Part shown: positions 10,335-20,190 of the stretch, piece after piece | Layout: every line of letters begins with the position of its first letter | Position numbering within the stretch: position 1 is the stretch's first letter | Origin: Acidiferrobacterales bacterium | Lineage (GTDB): Bacteria > Pseudomonadota > Gammaproteobacteria > Acidiferrobacterales > SZUA-150 | Direction of reading: 5' to 3' | Assembly (NCBI GenBank): GCA_947258385.1 | Contig: CAMYII010000069.1 | Span: 11,106-75,105 of the forward strand | DNA: 64,000 nt | Notes under the pieces: generated by a model | Told to the model about the DNA's origin: nothing | Seen by the model: only the letters and a program-made list of their open reading frames with translations | Databases searched by the model: none | Position numbers and translations under genes: made by a program

Positions 10335-11339
10335 TTAGGGCAGCCCGCGCACCGGCGGGATGATCGCGCGCAGCTTCGCCACCGTGTGGCGCGTCACCTG
10401 CGCGGCCCATTGGGAGGTCGTGCTTTGCGTGAGACCGAACCCCCGCAGGTCCGCGGCAAAATTTGTGACATAGATGAACTCGCCGCTGCGCACCAGGCTC
10501 GACGGAAACAGCAGGCCGACCACCGCGCCTTGCGGATCAACGCCACCGAAGTCGCCCAATGCGGCGATCATGCGCCCGCTCGGATCGAGCACGACCACTT
10601 CGTTGGCCTGATTAGCCGTCACCCAGATATTGTCGTGCTCGTCGATGATCAGGCCATCGGGACCGTTGACGGCGTTGACGAACACCTCCGGCGTACCGGG
10701 GTTACCGGCATTATCGACCGGAATCTTCACAATACTGTCCTCGCCGGTATTGGCGACGAACAAGGCAGTGGCGTCGTTGTTGAATGCCAGGCCGTTGGCG
10801 CCGAACGGCGGAAACCCGGCGGTGGTCAGCAGCGGGTCACTCACCCAGGACGCTATCGCGCCGCCGCCGGGACCGGTGCGCCAGATCACCCCCTGGAAGG
10901 AATCAGAAATATAAACATTGCCGTGCCGGTCGAAGGTCATCACGTTCGGCCCGGCCGCCGCGCCGCCGGGAATGGTCGCGAAGACCGTGGCGCTGCCGGT
11001 GAACGGATCCACCTCGAGCAGCTGCTGCGCGCCGAAGTCGACTATCAGCAACGCACCAGTAAAGGGATGAAACTTGATGTCCAACAGCAGGCCGCTGGCG
11101 GGCGCGACCGTCAGCGCACGCAGCAGACGTCCCTTGCTGGAGAACACAAACAGTTCGCCGGCAAAGGTCGTGACGTAGACATTACCCTGTTCATCGACCG
11201 TCAACGCCTCCGGGTTGCCGGCCCCATCAGGGAGCGTCGCGAAGTTCGATGCCGGCGTTCTGAGCCAGGCATGGGCCGGTACGGCGAGCACTGCTAACAG
11301 CAGTATTACGGCGAAAATAATGGGCTGTGTTCTTTTCAT
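10335..11339 (-). CDS. Secreted SMP-30/gluconolactonase/LRE-family beta-propeller protein
   Basis: Signal peptide (AHA); repeats PEALTVD.GNVYV, PNVMTFD.GNVYISDS, ANGLAF, PDGLIID. Confidence 0.8.
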   Translation of the reverse strand: MKRTQPIIFAVILLLAVLAVPAHAWLRTPASNFATLPDGAGNPEALTVDEQGNVYVTTFAGELFVFSSKGRLLRALTVAPASGLLLDIKFHPFTGALLIVDFGAQQLLEVDPFTGSATVFATIPGGAAAGPNVMTFDRHGNVYISDSFQGVIWRTGPGGGAIASWVSDPLLTTAGFPPFGANGLAFNNDATALFVANTGEDSIVKIPVDNAGNPGTPEVFVNAVNGPDGLIIDEHDNIWVTANQANEVVVLDPSGRMIAALGDFGGVDPQGAVVGLLFPSSLVRSGEFIYVTNFAADLRGFGLTQSTTSQWAAQVTRHTVAKLRAIIPPVRGLP

Positions 11340-11560
11340 CTTCTGTCGTCTCCATGCGCAGAGAGGCGACACGTTACGCTATTTGTGCAAACGAACGCAA
11401 GCACCTTGCCGAAGCGCTTGAATTGCACATACTCGTGTCCCATCAGCCATCATTGCCGACCCAGCTGGTGTTCTCTATGATTGAGACCCACCCATGACCA
11501 TTTATGAAAACCAGCACTCAGTTTGTGCCGGGGCGGGATATCACCGTACGAGTTTGCCGG

Positions 11561-12040
11561 ATGTTGGAGTTCAAATTACTCTTACTTTTAACGGTTGCCA
11601 ACGGCACGCCGGTTATGGCCCGTCGAATTTTCGGCTCGTGGCTCAGCTACCCGGTGGACGGCGACATGAAATTTCTTGACGGCCGGCCGTTGCTCGGGCG
11701 ATCAAAAACCGTTCGCGGAATTGTGTTCTCCGTGGTCATCACAGCGCTTGCCGCACCGTTTCTCGGGTTGCCTTGGACGACAGGCGCGGGGGTTGCGGCG
11801 CTGGCCATGCTCGGCGATCTTATCTCCAGCTTTACCAAGCGACGATTGAAACTGCCCGCGAGCAGCATGGCGCTGGGGCTCGATCAGATCCCCGAGTCGC
11901 TGTTGCCGCTGTTGGTATACCGCTTGAGGCTGGGGCTCGAGTGGTGGGACATTATTATTATAGTAGCGGTTTTTTTCCTCGGCGAATTGGCGCTCTCCCG
12001 TGTGCTGTTCAAACTCAACATCCGCGACAGACCGTACTAG
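11561..12040 (+). CDS. CDP-archaeol synthase (CarS/DUF46)-like membrane CTP transferase
   Basis: ANGTPV, PVDG, GRSKTVRG, GDLISSFTKRRL, LDQ motifs; hydrophobic helices. Confidence 0.8.
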   Translation: MLEFKLLLLLTVANGTPVMARRIFGSWLSYPVDGDMKFLDGRPLLGRSKTVRGIVFSVVITALAAPFLGLPWTTGAGVAALAMLGDLISSFTKRRLKLPASSMALGLDQIPESLLPLLVYRLRLGLEWWDIIIIVAVFFLGELALSRVLFKLNIRDRPY

Positions 12041-12067
12041 CCTCGGATCGGCCGGCAAAGGTGTGGG

Positions 12068-13021
12068 TCAAGCCGGATGCAGGCGATGCAACACGATCTC
12101 CGGTGGACAGTTCAGCCGTACGCTGACGATGCAGGTCCCGGAACCGACGGAGGTGTAGCCGATCATGTCGTGATAGCGCCACGGGCCCGAGCCCATGTAA
12201 CGCGGACAACGGGCATCCAGCGTCAACGGGAACCCGCCGGGCAGACAAATCTGGCCACCATGGGTATGGCCGCATAACAGCAGATTGAAACCGGCATGCG
12301 CCGCCTGCTTGTAGATCTCCGGTGTGTGCGACAACAGAATGGAAACCGCCTCGTGCGGAACATCATGCGCGGCCTTTTCTATGTTATCCACGCGATAATA
12401 ATGCGCGTCATCGATGCCGACCAGATGGAGCACGGCACCATCGCGTTCGATGGCGACGGATTCGTTCAGCAGCATGCGGATACCCATTTGTTCCATGCCC
12501 GGCACCATGCATATGGTGTCGTGATTGCCGAGCACGGCGTAAACGGGGTCCTTGAGATGCACGCGAACCTTTTCCATGCCCTCGAGCGTAGCGTCATACG
12601 CGCCAAAGGTCTGCGCCCGGTAATCCCCGGTTAGCACGCATATGTCATAGTTCACCTCGCGTAAGCGCTCGATCAGCGCGTGCGTCGCATCCCAATTCAT
12701 ATCGACATGCAGGTCGCTGGCGTGGAGGATGGTAAAGCCGTCAAACGCACGGGGCAGACCCGGCAGCCGGATCTCGTTGTGCCTGATACGGATATCCAGT
12801 GTATTGCGCTTGCCGCGTCCGTACAGGCCCAGCAGCCTCAGGCCGTTGCGGATAACAGAATGAATGGAGTACCAGTTCTCGAGATGGAAAAAGTTCATGC
12901 CATGACCGAACACCCTGGCTTCGTTGTCGGACTCAATGCCCAGCCGCTGCCGGGCGTGCAGCCGGCCGAGCCGCTTTTCCAACAGTTCAATGATGTTCTG
13001 ATCCATCGTCTGCCAAGGCAT
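12068..13021 (-). CDS. Metallophosphoesterase (YkuE/YaeI-like)
   Basis: SDLH, LTGD, LGNHD, LLSHTP, CGHTHGGQ. Confidence 0.9.
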   Translation of the reverse strand: MPWQTMDQNIIELLEKRLGRLHARQRLGIESDNEARVFGHGMNFFHLENWYSIHSVIRNGLRLLGLYGRGKRNTLDIRIRHNEIRLPGLPRAFDGFTILHASDLHVDMNWDATHALIERLREVNYDICVLTGDYRAQTFGAYDATLEGMEKVRVHLKDPVYAVLGNHDTICMVPGMEQMGIRMLLNESVAIERDGAVLHLVGIDDAHYYRVDNIEKAAHDVPHEAVSILLSHTPEIYKQAAHAGFNLLLCGHTHGGQICLPGGFPLTLDARCPRYMGSGPWRYHDMIGYTSVGSGTCIVSVRLNCPPEIVLHRLHPA

Positions 13022-13481
13022 GAGTTCGATATTCCGTGTATAGCGCAGGCCAGGACGGCCTTTACCTCACCATAGCCCAAAGCGGCGGCGCAGAAAGCCG
13101 TTCCGCGACGGGCCTCGCCCGCGCCACCGACAATCAGGCATTCCGCCACAGCCGTGCGCTTCCGGGAATATGCACGCGCCGAGGCACGGTTGTCCATCGG
13201 CGGTCTTGCGGCCCGTTCTCTCCGGCGCCGCCAAATCAGGGAATAATTCCGCTACCCGGATCGTCTTCGTCTAAGGTCATTGTTCTAAATATCTATATAT
13301 AATATGTTGCCCCACGAATTATCATGGCGGCAACTACTCGGGGAGGACGCGCGTGGTGGAATGCCTGTGCGCGGGATTTGCTTGCTCGGATCCATGCCCT
13401 CCTCATTAACCTAGTGAAACACGTCGGCATTGTGCATTAACAACGGCCGATAACGTTTATTGGCAATTGGAGTTACGGTTT

Positions 13482-14312
13482 ATGACAACAAAATTGCTCG
13501 CGCGGGTACTCGTCCTGCTTTGTTCCCTGCTCGCGATCCTTCCGGCCGCGGCCGAGATACTGTTCACCGCGCCGCCGCGGGAGACCCCGGAGGACGCGGC
13601 GAAAATCTACGGTCCGGTGGCCGATTATTTGACAGAGGCGATCGGCGAGAAAGTCACTTATCAACATCCGAGCAGTTGGGGCCTGTATCAGGCCACGATG
13701 CCGAAAAACCGGTACGACCTGGTCTTTGACGGGCCCCACTTCGTCGCCTGGCGCGTGAGCCAACTGCAGCACGAACCGCTGGCGAGGCTGAGCGGCCTGC
13801 TGACCTTCGTGGTGATCACACAGAAGGACAATCCGGACTATACCGACATCAATGCCCTCAAGGGACACGCCGTCTGCGGTCTGGCTCCGCCCAATCTGGC
13901 CACCTTGACGCTGCTGGAGCAGTTCGGCCCCGCCCAACAGCCCCTGCTTATCCAGACACAAAGTTTCCGTGAAGCCTATCAAGGCGTGATTGACGGCAAA
14001 TGCAGAGCGGCGGTATTGCGAGACAAACTGTACCACAAGCTGGAAGGCAACACGGGGCGCACCCGGGTGATTTTTCAGAGCAGCGGCTTCCCCAACCAGG
14101 CGTTCACCGCGTCGGCGAATCTTTCCGATGCCCAGAAGGTCCGGATCGTCAGCGCACTGCTGGCACCCGAGGCGGCGACCAAAATCAGCGGATTTCTCAA
14201 TAAATATTCTCATGGAAAAGGCCTGGTCAGGGCGACAAGAGCGGAATACCGGGGCATGGAAAAACCGCTGCAGGATATGTGGGGCTTTGAGCTCGGCCGC
14301 TCGGGAGGCTGA
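13482..14312 (+). CDS. PhnD/SsuA-type periplasmic substrate-binding protein (orphan)
   Basis: Signal peptide; FTAPPRE..YGPVADYL, FDGPHF, PPNLATL; no transporter genes adjacent. Confidence 0.75.
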   Translation: MTTKLLARVLVLLCSLLAILPAAAEILFTAPPRETPEDAAKIYGPVADYLTEAIGEKVTYQHPSSWGLYQATMPKNRYDLVFDGPHFVAWRVSQLQHEPLARLSGLLTFVVITQKDNPDYTDINALKGHAVCGLAPPNLATLTLLEQFGPAQQPLLIQTQSFREAYQGVIDGKCRAAVLRDKLYHKLEGNTGRTRVIFQSSGFPNQAFTASANLSDAQKVRIVSALLAPEAATKISGFLNKYSHGKGLVRATRAEYRGMEKPLQDMWGFELGRSGG

Positions 14313-14385
14313 CCGTCACGGTGCAGGTGGGCCAGGGGATCGGGGCGGAGAGACGCCGTTTTGCAGGCGTATCTCCGTCGGCCGC

Positions 14386-16170
14386 TCAGGCCGCCGTCAA
14401 CGCCTGTGCCGTTTGATAGAAAACAAAGCTGACCAGCCACGCCAGCGTCAGCGGCCAGATCACCGCGACCACGGTGAACCAGCCGCTTTTGGACTCCTTC
14501 TTCAGCACGGCGATCGTGGACAGGCAAGGGGTGTAGATCAAGACGAATAACATGAAGCTGTAGGCCTCGATCCAGCCCAGCTGTGCGGCGATGATGCCCG
14601 GCAGCGCACTCTCGCTGGCCCCGTAGATCACCGCCAACGCCCCGATCACCACCTCCTTTGCCACGAATCCGAACAGAAGAGCGATGCTCATGAGATTGTC
14701 GATGCCGATCGGCGCGAACAGCGGCGCCATCCATTCGGCCAGTTGGCCGGCAAGGGTCGCGCTGCTGGCCGGCTGCACCTCGAAGGGGTAATGAGTCAGG
14801 AACCAGACCAGCACCACGCCCAGCAAAATGAAACCGCTGGCCTCTTTCAGAAATTGACGTGATTCCTGCCAGCCGCGCAGCAGCATCTGGCGCGCGGTCG
14901 GAAACCGGTAAGGGGGCAGCTCCAGCAGCAGTGGTTCGTCGTTGGGCAGGCGCCTGCGGTACAAGGCGGCGGTCAAAAAGGCCGCGAAAAAACTCATGAC
15001 ATAAAGACTGAACAGGACCAACGGCGCGGCCGCCGGCGAGAACACCGCGGTCGTGACGAACACAAATACCTGCAGGCGTGCCGAGCACAATGAGAACGGA
15101 ATAATCAGCATCGTAAGGAGACGCAGGCCGCGTGATCGCATGACCCGGGTGCCCATCAACGCCGGCACGTTACAACCAAAGCCCATGAGCTGCATGACGA
15201 AAGAACGGCCGTCCAGGCCGAGTCGCGCCATAAACGCGTCCATGAGAAAAGCGGAGCGCGAGAGGTAGCCGCTGTCCTCGATCACGCCCATGAACAGAAA
15301 GAACAAAACGATGATGGGCAGAAACGACAGGACGGTGCCAACACCGTTGTAAACGCCTTCGAGCAGGAAGCTTTGCAGCTCCAGGTTGGCCCCGCCCAGC
15401 AGCGGCGCGACATATCCTTCCTTGAACGCATCCAGCAACCAGGCGACACCGTCCTGCAAAGGGGTACCCGCCGTATACACCGCCTCAAAGACAATGTACA
15501 TCGCCAGCAAAAACAGCGGCAGGCCGAACAGCGGGTGCAGCAGCACGCGGTCGAGGCGATTGGTCAGACCCTGCGACGCGCTGACAGGGACATGGACGGT
15601 GTTGCTCACCAGCCGCTCGAGCCGTGCCTCCAACTCGTCATCACGGGCGAACGCCGCGGGATCGGCGGTGCGCGCGACCGCATCTTTTTGCAGGTGTTCG
15701 ATTGTCTGCTTCGCCTGCGGGAATCCCTGGCCGTACTTCGCGCTCATCATCACGACGGGAAGCCCGAGGGTTTGCCCAAGTTTCTCATGTTCCACCCGGA
15801 TCCCCTGGCGCCTGGCTTCGTCTGCCATGTTGAGCAACAACACGATGGGCAGGCCGAGCTCCTTGAGCTGCAGTACCAGGGACAGCTGGCGATCGAGCTG
15901 GGTGGCGTTGGCGATGACGACCAATAGATCTATCGGGTTGTGTTCCAGGAAATGGCGCACAACCTGTTCGTCCTCGCTGTAGCCGTGCAGGTTGTAAATG
16001 CCGGGTAGATCGACCAGCTCCACCATCTCCGCCGCCAGCAGGATTCTCGCCGACAGCAGATCGACAGTCAGGCCGGGCCAGTTGCCTACGCGGGCGCTGG
16101 CGCCGGTGAGCCGGTTGAAAAAGGTGGACTTGCCCGTATTGGGCATACCGAGCAGAGCAATCCGTTTCAT
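14386..16170 (-). CDS. feoB: Ferrous iron transporter B
   Basis: GMPNTGKS, VGNWPGLTV, DLPG, NMAD G-domain; EDSGYLSR, GFGCNVPA, CSARL, YTPC. Confidence 0.96.
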   Translation of the reverse strand: MKRIALLGMPNTGKSTFFNRLTGASARVGNWPGLTVDLLSARILLAAEMVELVDLPGIYNLHGYSEDEQVVRHFLEHNPIDLLVVIANATQLDRQLSLVLQLKELGLPIVLLLNMADEARRQGIRVEHEKLGQTLGLPVVMMSAKYGQGFPQAKQTIEHLQKDAVARTADPAAFARDDELEARLERLVSNTVHVPVSASQGLTNRLDRVLLHPLFGLPLFLLAMYIVFEAVYTAGTPLQDGVAWLLDAFKEGYVAPLLGGANLELQSFLLEGVYNGVGTVLSFLPIIVLFFLFMGVIEDSGYLSRSAFLMDAFMARLGLDGRSFVMQLMGFGCNVPALMGTRVMRSRGLRLLTMLIIPFSLCSARLQVFVFVTTAVFSPAAAPLVLFSLYVMSFFAAFLTAALYRRRLPNDEPLLLELPPYRFPTARQMLLRGWQESRQFLKEASGFILLGVVLVWFLTHYPFEVQPASSATLAGQLAEWMAPLFAPIGIDNLMSIALLFGFVAKEVVIGALAVIYGASESALPGIIAAQLGWIEAYSFMLFVLIYTPCLSTIAVLKKESKSGWFTVVAVIWPLTLAWLVSFVFYQTAQALTAA

Positions 16171-16205
16171 GACTCTCCGGCCCGGGGTGCGTGGTTCACG
16201 CGCGC

Positions 16206-16442
16206 TTAGCGCAGGGTCTCGATAACCGTCAGCTGGATCAGGCTCGCCTCTTTACGGCGCATCATCAGATCGGTACTGCCGACACGGACCTGGATCGGGC
16301 CGCCCAGATTGGCGCGGCGTATGACCGCCACTTCGCGGCCGGCGCGCAATCCCAGGGCCAGCATGCGCGCGCGCAGGCCGTCTTCCCCTTGTACTTCGGC
16401 GATCAGCGCGCGTTGTCCGGTCGGTAATTGCTCCAGCGTCAT
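16206..16442 (-). CDS. feoA: Ferrous iron transport protein A
   Basis: 78 aa, RMLALGLRAG..GGPIQV..MRRKEA; directly upstream of feoB. Confidence 0.93.
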   Translation of the reverse strand: MTLEQLPTGQRALIAEVQGEDGLRARMLALGLRAGREVAVIRRANLGGPIQVRVGSTDLMMRRKEASLIQLTVIETLR

Positions 16443-16467
16443 GGCGAGTTCCTCGTGGTGGCCCTAG

Positions 16468-16484
16468 ATGAGAAACATTCTCAT
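16468..16484. promoter_or_regulatory. Fur-box-like inverted repeat upstream of feoAB
   Basis: ATGAGAA-ACA-TTCTCAT perfect 7-3-7 palindrome about 25 bp upstream of the feoA start. Confidence 0.75.
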
Positions 16485-16513
16485 TTAGAAATATAATGGC
16501 ATATTAGTAACAC

Positions 16514-16980
16514 CTAATCAAGTCTTAAATCGTGTGCACCGACTGGTTTTCCATTATCCCGCGGGTTCGTCCGCTGCTTGCGGCAATACGTCACGGATCG
16601 CCGCCGGGATCGGGGTCGAACGATCCCCAAACCAGCCGCGCGCTGCCCGTTGCGTACAGGGTCTCCGCTTGCGCGGCATCGCGCACCTAAATACGTCTCG
16701 ACACTGCTGCCACCCGGACAGCCCCCATACAAGTGAACCTCAAGGCTCGCCGGATACACCACCGGTTTGTGAAAAGTGCAGGCGGCATTGATGAGCACCG
16801 GCCCCAACGCCGTGCCGGTCAATACCGCGCCGACCGCGTCAATGCTTTCCAGCCAGCTGACCCGCGCCTGCTCAAAAAGGTGAAGTAGGTCGCGCTATTC
16901 ACATGGCCCAGGGCATCAAGATCCGCCCAGCGTACCGGAATCCTTAGCGTGTGCAGACAGGTCTGGCCCTCGGTCAAGGA
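16514..16980 (-). pseudogene. Acyl-CoA thioesterase (4HBT/YbgC hot-dog family), frameshifted
   Basis: IPVRWADLDALGHVNSATYFT / shift / EQARVSWL..PVLINAACTFHKPVVYP..SSVETY / shift / VRDAAQAETLYATGSARLVW; at least two frameshifts; ends approximate. Confidence 0.75.
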
Positions 16981-17031
16981 TTCACCGCCTGTAGTTCAAC
17001 AGGCCGCCGCATCACCTTTTTCAAAACGTGA

Positions 17032-17664
17032 TCAACCCTCGCCCTCACGCGACCGGCCGCTGCAGAGCCGGTGGGGGATGGTCTCATCGACCAGTTTCAG
17101 CGTGAAAACATCGCCGAGCGCCTGGCAGATCCGCCCGATCGTCAGGTGTTCGGCATCGACCGGATCTTCCCAGTGACCACAGGTCAGGCGAAGCACATCG
17201 GGTTGTGCCTCCGAGCGCAGATAGATCAGGGTCGCGTACATCTGCGGGCTGGCTCCGTCGGAAACGAAAATGATTCCGCGACCGGCCAGCCATTGCACCG
17301 GGGCATACCTTGCATAGTCGCTCTCCCGCCGGACCTTAACGATGACAAAGGTATCGGCGTGGACCCGCTGCGGCGCCGGCCTGAGCGTACGCAGCTCAAA
17401 TTTACAATGGGGATGGTAGAGATCGACGCCGCCAAACGGCAGGATCCGCCCGCCCTGCAGATAAATGCTGGCACTGTCGGCGGGAATGCTGACGTCTTTG
17501 AGCAGGACCAGTTTCGAGCCGACAGGTAGGCGGTACTCCGGCGAGTCCTCGTAGCCCTGCCACAGCCCCCGGCACCCGGAAAGCAGGACAACTGAGACAA
17601 TCAGCACAGATCGCAACACAACCACCCCCTCGCCATTGCGTGTCAGACCCTCGCCACGCATCAC
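17032..17664 (-). CDS. Hypothetical lipoprotein
   Basis: Lipobox LLSGC after a hydrophobic stretch; true start probably downstream of 17664. Confidence 0.65.
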   Translation of the reverse strand: MMRGEGLTRNGEGVVVLRSVLIVSVVLLSGCRGLWQGYEDSPEYRLPVGSKLVLLKDVSIPADSASIYLQGGRILPFGGVDLYHPHCKFELRTLRPAPQRVHADTFVIVKVRRESDYARYAPVQWLAGRGIIFVSDGASPQMYATLIYLRSEAQPDVLRLTCGHWEDPVDAEHLTIGRICQALGDVFTLKLVDETIPHRLCSGRSREGEG

Positions 17665-17679
17665 CGGATAACCCTCGTT

Positions 17680-17715
17680 GCGGGATGCCGAAAAGCACTT
17701 TTTTCGGCATCCCGC
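17680..17715. repeat. Repeat family B hairpin, possible terminator
   Basis: GCGGGATGCCGAAAA-GCACTT-TTTTCGGCATCCCGC, perfect 15-bp stem. Confidence 0.7.
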
Positions 17716-17794
17716 TGGAATGCCATTATATCGCGTCGCGTTCCGCGCATCGAATCATCAATCCGATGCGCGGACACGGCCACGCCGGACCTGA

Positions 17795-19759
17795 TCAGCC
17801 GAGCACTGCACCCGGTTCGGGTTGCGGATGGTTTGTGAGCACCAGCACCTCTGAGGGTGGAAACTCGCCGATCTCAACGAAGGCCTTTCCGTCCGCGGCG
17901 ATGCGTACCGGCACTTCGGAGCCGACCGGATGGACACCGGCAAACCCCGGCCCTGCCGCCGCCTGGGCGGTGTTGAGAACGACGGTCATGGCGCCGCCGT
18001 GAGGATTGAGCACCGCGTCAATCAGCACGTTCGCCCCGCGCGCATCCGTGCCGTGGGCGTTGAGCACACACACGAGCTCTTCGTCGTCCAGAATGCGCGA
18101 CCAGGCGACGATTTCGCCCGGGCCATAGACATCGAACGGCCAGCCCAGTATGGAAATAGGGCGTGGGTATTGCCGCCCGTAGCGCAATGCGGGGAAGTCC
18201 CGGCGCAACGCCGTCAGCGCGGCAATTCGCACATAGGCCGGATGCTCGGAATCGAAACAATGCTGGCCGGCGGTACCAAAAGCGCCGAATCCAGGCAGAT
18301 CAGTGTCCACCGCGTCGAGGCCCGGGTACCCGGCTTGCCGCGGGTGCAGTGGGCCGAACATCGCCTCGCGCAGGTAGCGGTCCGAGCCACCCCAGTCCGG
18401 CAGCCATTGGCGCTCGCCGGGCTCCGGCCCGGCCAGCGCCTGCTCGGTGCCGTAATAGAGACAGGGAATGCCGAGGGTAAACAGCTGCAGGGCCACCCCG
18501 GCGACGAGCTGATGATCCGACGCCGCTTCACTGGAGAAACGCAGCTTCCCGCCGAACACGTGATCGTGGTCGTCCAGCACCGAGACGTGCCGCTCGCCGA
18601 GGTTGCGGTGCGAGCCCATGACGGCGTGGCCGGGCTCGAAACCGGCAAAATAATCGCGCGGATGGGCCAGCGCCTTGGCGATCGCGTTGAGCTGGACCCG
18701 CATCTCACCGATGTCCAGCGCGGCATTGAGGTTGCGCGCCAGCACATCGAGGTAGCGGTCCTGGTTGGTGTCGCCGCCGGCGATCTCGCCGACGAGGAAG
18801 AAATTCTTCTTGCCCAGGTTCGCCGCAAACTCCTTGATCGAACCGCAGAAGTTGCGCGCCTCCTCCGGGGAGACGTGCTTGAGCGTATCGATGCGGAACC
18901 CGTCGCAGTCGCTCAAGGCAATCCAATACTTGTAGCACAGGGCCAGATCCGTCAGCAGCCCCGGGGAATCGAGCTTGAAATCGCGCAGCGTGATGAAATC
19001 GGTGCGCTTGTGCTCGGCATAGGGATCGTTGATGTCCCCCGCGCCAAGATCGCCCAGGCCGGCACGGGTGTAGCGCTCCGAGTCCTGCAGCTCGCGCGGC
19101 CACACCCCTTCCTCCGGGGTCTGGATCGCGGCAACGGGCTGACCGTCGTGGCCGCGCCAGGCGCCGAAGGGATGGCGCTCCCAGGTGTAATAAGGCGTAG
19201 TTTCCCCGCCCGGTGTCGCGGGCGGATACAGCCAGTTAGCGCCCGAGTGGTTGAAAATAATGTCGAGGATGACGCGCAGACCGGCCTCATGGGCGGCGGC
19301 GACCAGCTCAACGAGCGCGCGGCGGTCGCCGAAACGGGGATCTACGTCGAGGAAATCCTGAATCCCGTAGCCGTGATAGCTGTCCAGATGGCCGCGCTGC
19401 CGGAACACCGGGCTCAGCCAGAGCGTGGTCACGCCGAGCCCTTGCAGGTAATCCAGCTTGGATCGTACCCCTTCCAGCGTGCCGCCTTGAAAACGTTCCG
19501 CGCCCGAGCGCGCCCAGCGGTCCCAGCGCCACGGTTCCCCGTTGGGCAATGCCGGGCGCGCCGCCTCGAGACGCTGCCGGTCCAGGCGCGGGCGTGTCGC
19601 CTCCTGACCGTCACTGAAACGGTCCACGAGCAGAAAATACAGGACCTGGTCCCGCCATTCGACCGGAGAAGGATAATAGCCTTGACGTCTTGGCAGGGAC
19701 ACGCCACGGCGAATGCTGGCCGGCCTGTCGTGGTCTAATAGGATATCGGCGAATGCCAT
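17795..19759 (-). CDS. Alpha-amylase family (GH13) glycosyl hydrolase
   Basis: YFLLVDRF, GGTLEG..LDYLQGLGVTTLWLSP, YHGY, DIIFNH, DGFRIDTLKH, GE, DDHD, GIPCLYYGTEQ. Confidence 0.92.
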   Translation of the reverse strand: MAFADILLDHDRPASIRRGVSLPRRQGYYPSPVEWRDQVLYFLLVDRFSDGQEATRPRLDRQRLEAARPALPNGEPWRWDRWARSGAERFQGGTLEGVRSKLDYLQGLGVTTLWLSPVFRQRGHLDSYHGYGIQDFLDVDPRFGDRRALVELVAAAHEAGLRVILDIIFNHSGANWLYPPATPGGETTPYYTWERHPFGAWRGHDGQPVAAIQTPEEGVWPRELQDSERYTRAGLGDLGAGDINDPYAEHKRTDFITLRDFKLDSPGLLTDLALCYKYWIALSDCDGFRIDTLKHVSPEEARNFCGSIKEFAANLGKKNFFLVGEIAGGDTNQDRYLDVLARNLNAALDIGEMRVQLNAIAKALAHPRDYFAGFEPGHAVMGSHRNLGERHVSVLDDHDHVFGGKLRFSSEAASDHQLVAGVALQLFTLGIPCLYYGTEQALAGPEPGERQWLPDWGGSDRYLREAMFGPLHPRQAGYPGLDAVDTDLPGFGAFGTAGQHCFDSEHPAYVRIAALTALRRDFPALRYGRQYPRPISILGWPFDVYGPGEIVAWSRILDDEELVCVLNAHGTDARGANVLIDAVLNPHGGAMTVVLNTAQAAAGPGFAGVHPVGSEVPVRIAADGKAFVEIGEFPPSEVLVLTNHPQPEPGAVLG

Positions 19760-19865
19760 GACACGAACTCCTTTGCGTTATTGCGTGTTCTCCAAAACCC
19801 ATGCTGTCACGGGACCGGGGCGGCACGCGCATGCCCACAGACGGCGCACACCGCGCGCCCGAGGC

Positions 19866-20189
19866 TTAATCGAGGAGCTGTTCCAATACGCGCACCCGCG
19901 CCCGCAGGGCCCGCACTTCATCGAGCAGATCCAGCGCCAGGGCGACCCCGGCGAGATTGAGTCCCAGGTCCCGTTGCAGGCGCAGCGCGGCACGCACGCG
20001 CTCGAGCTCACTGGCGGCAAAACGCCATTGCGCCGGGGACGGGCCCTGGGGCTGCAGCAGGCCCTCCTCCACCATCGCCATCAAGGCCTCGCCGGGCAGA
20101 CCGCAGCCGCGGCACATCTCGCGCAAGCTTAAGGTCACGTGCTCGTCGAGGACGAGACTGACCGCTATCTTGAGTTCGCGTTCGCCCAT
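19866..20189 (-). CDS. cbpM: Chaperone modulator CbpM
   Basis: MerR-like LSLREMC..MVEEGLL.P..RLQRDLGLNLAGVALALDLL; immediately downstream of cbpA. Confidence 0.88.
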   Translation of the reverse strand: MGERELKIAVSLVLDEHVTLSLREMCRGCGLPGEALMAMVEEGLLQPQGPSPAQWRFAASELERVRAALRLQRDLGLNLAGVALALDLLDEVRALRARVRVLEQLLD

Positions 20190-20190
20190 T

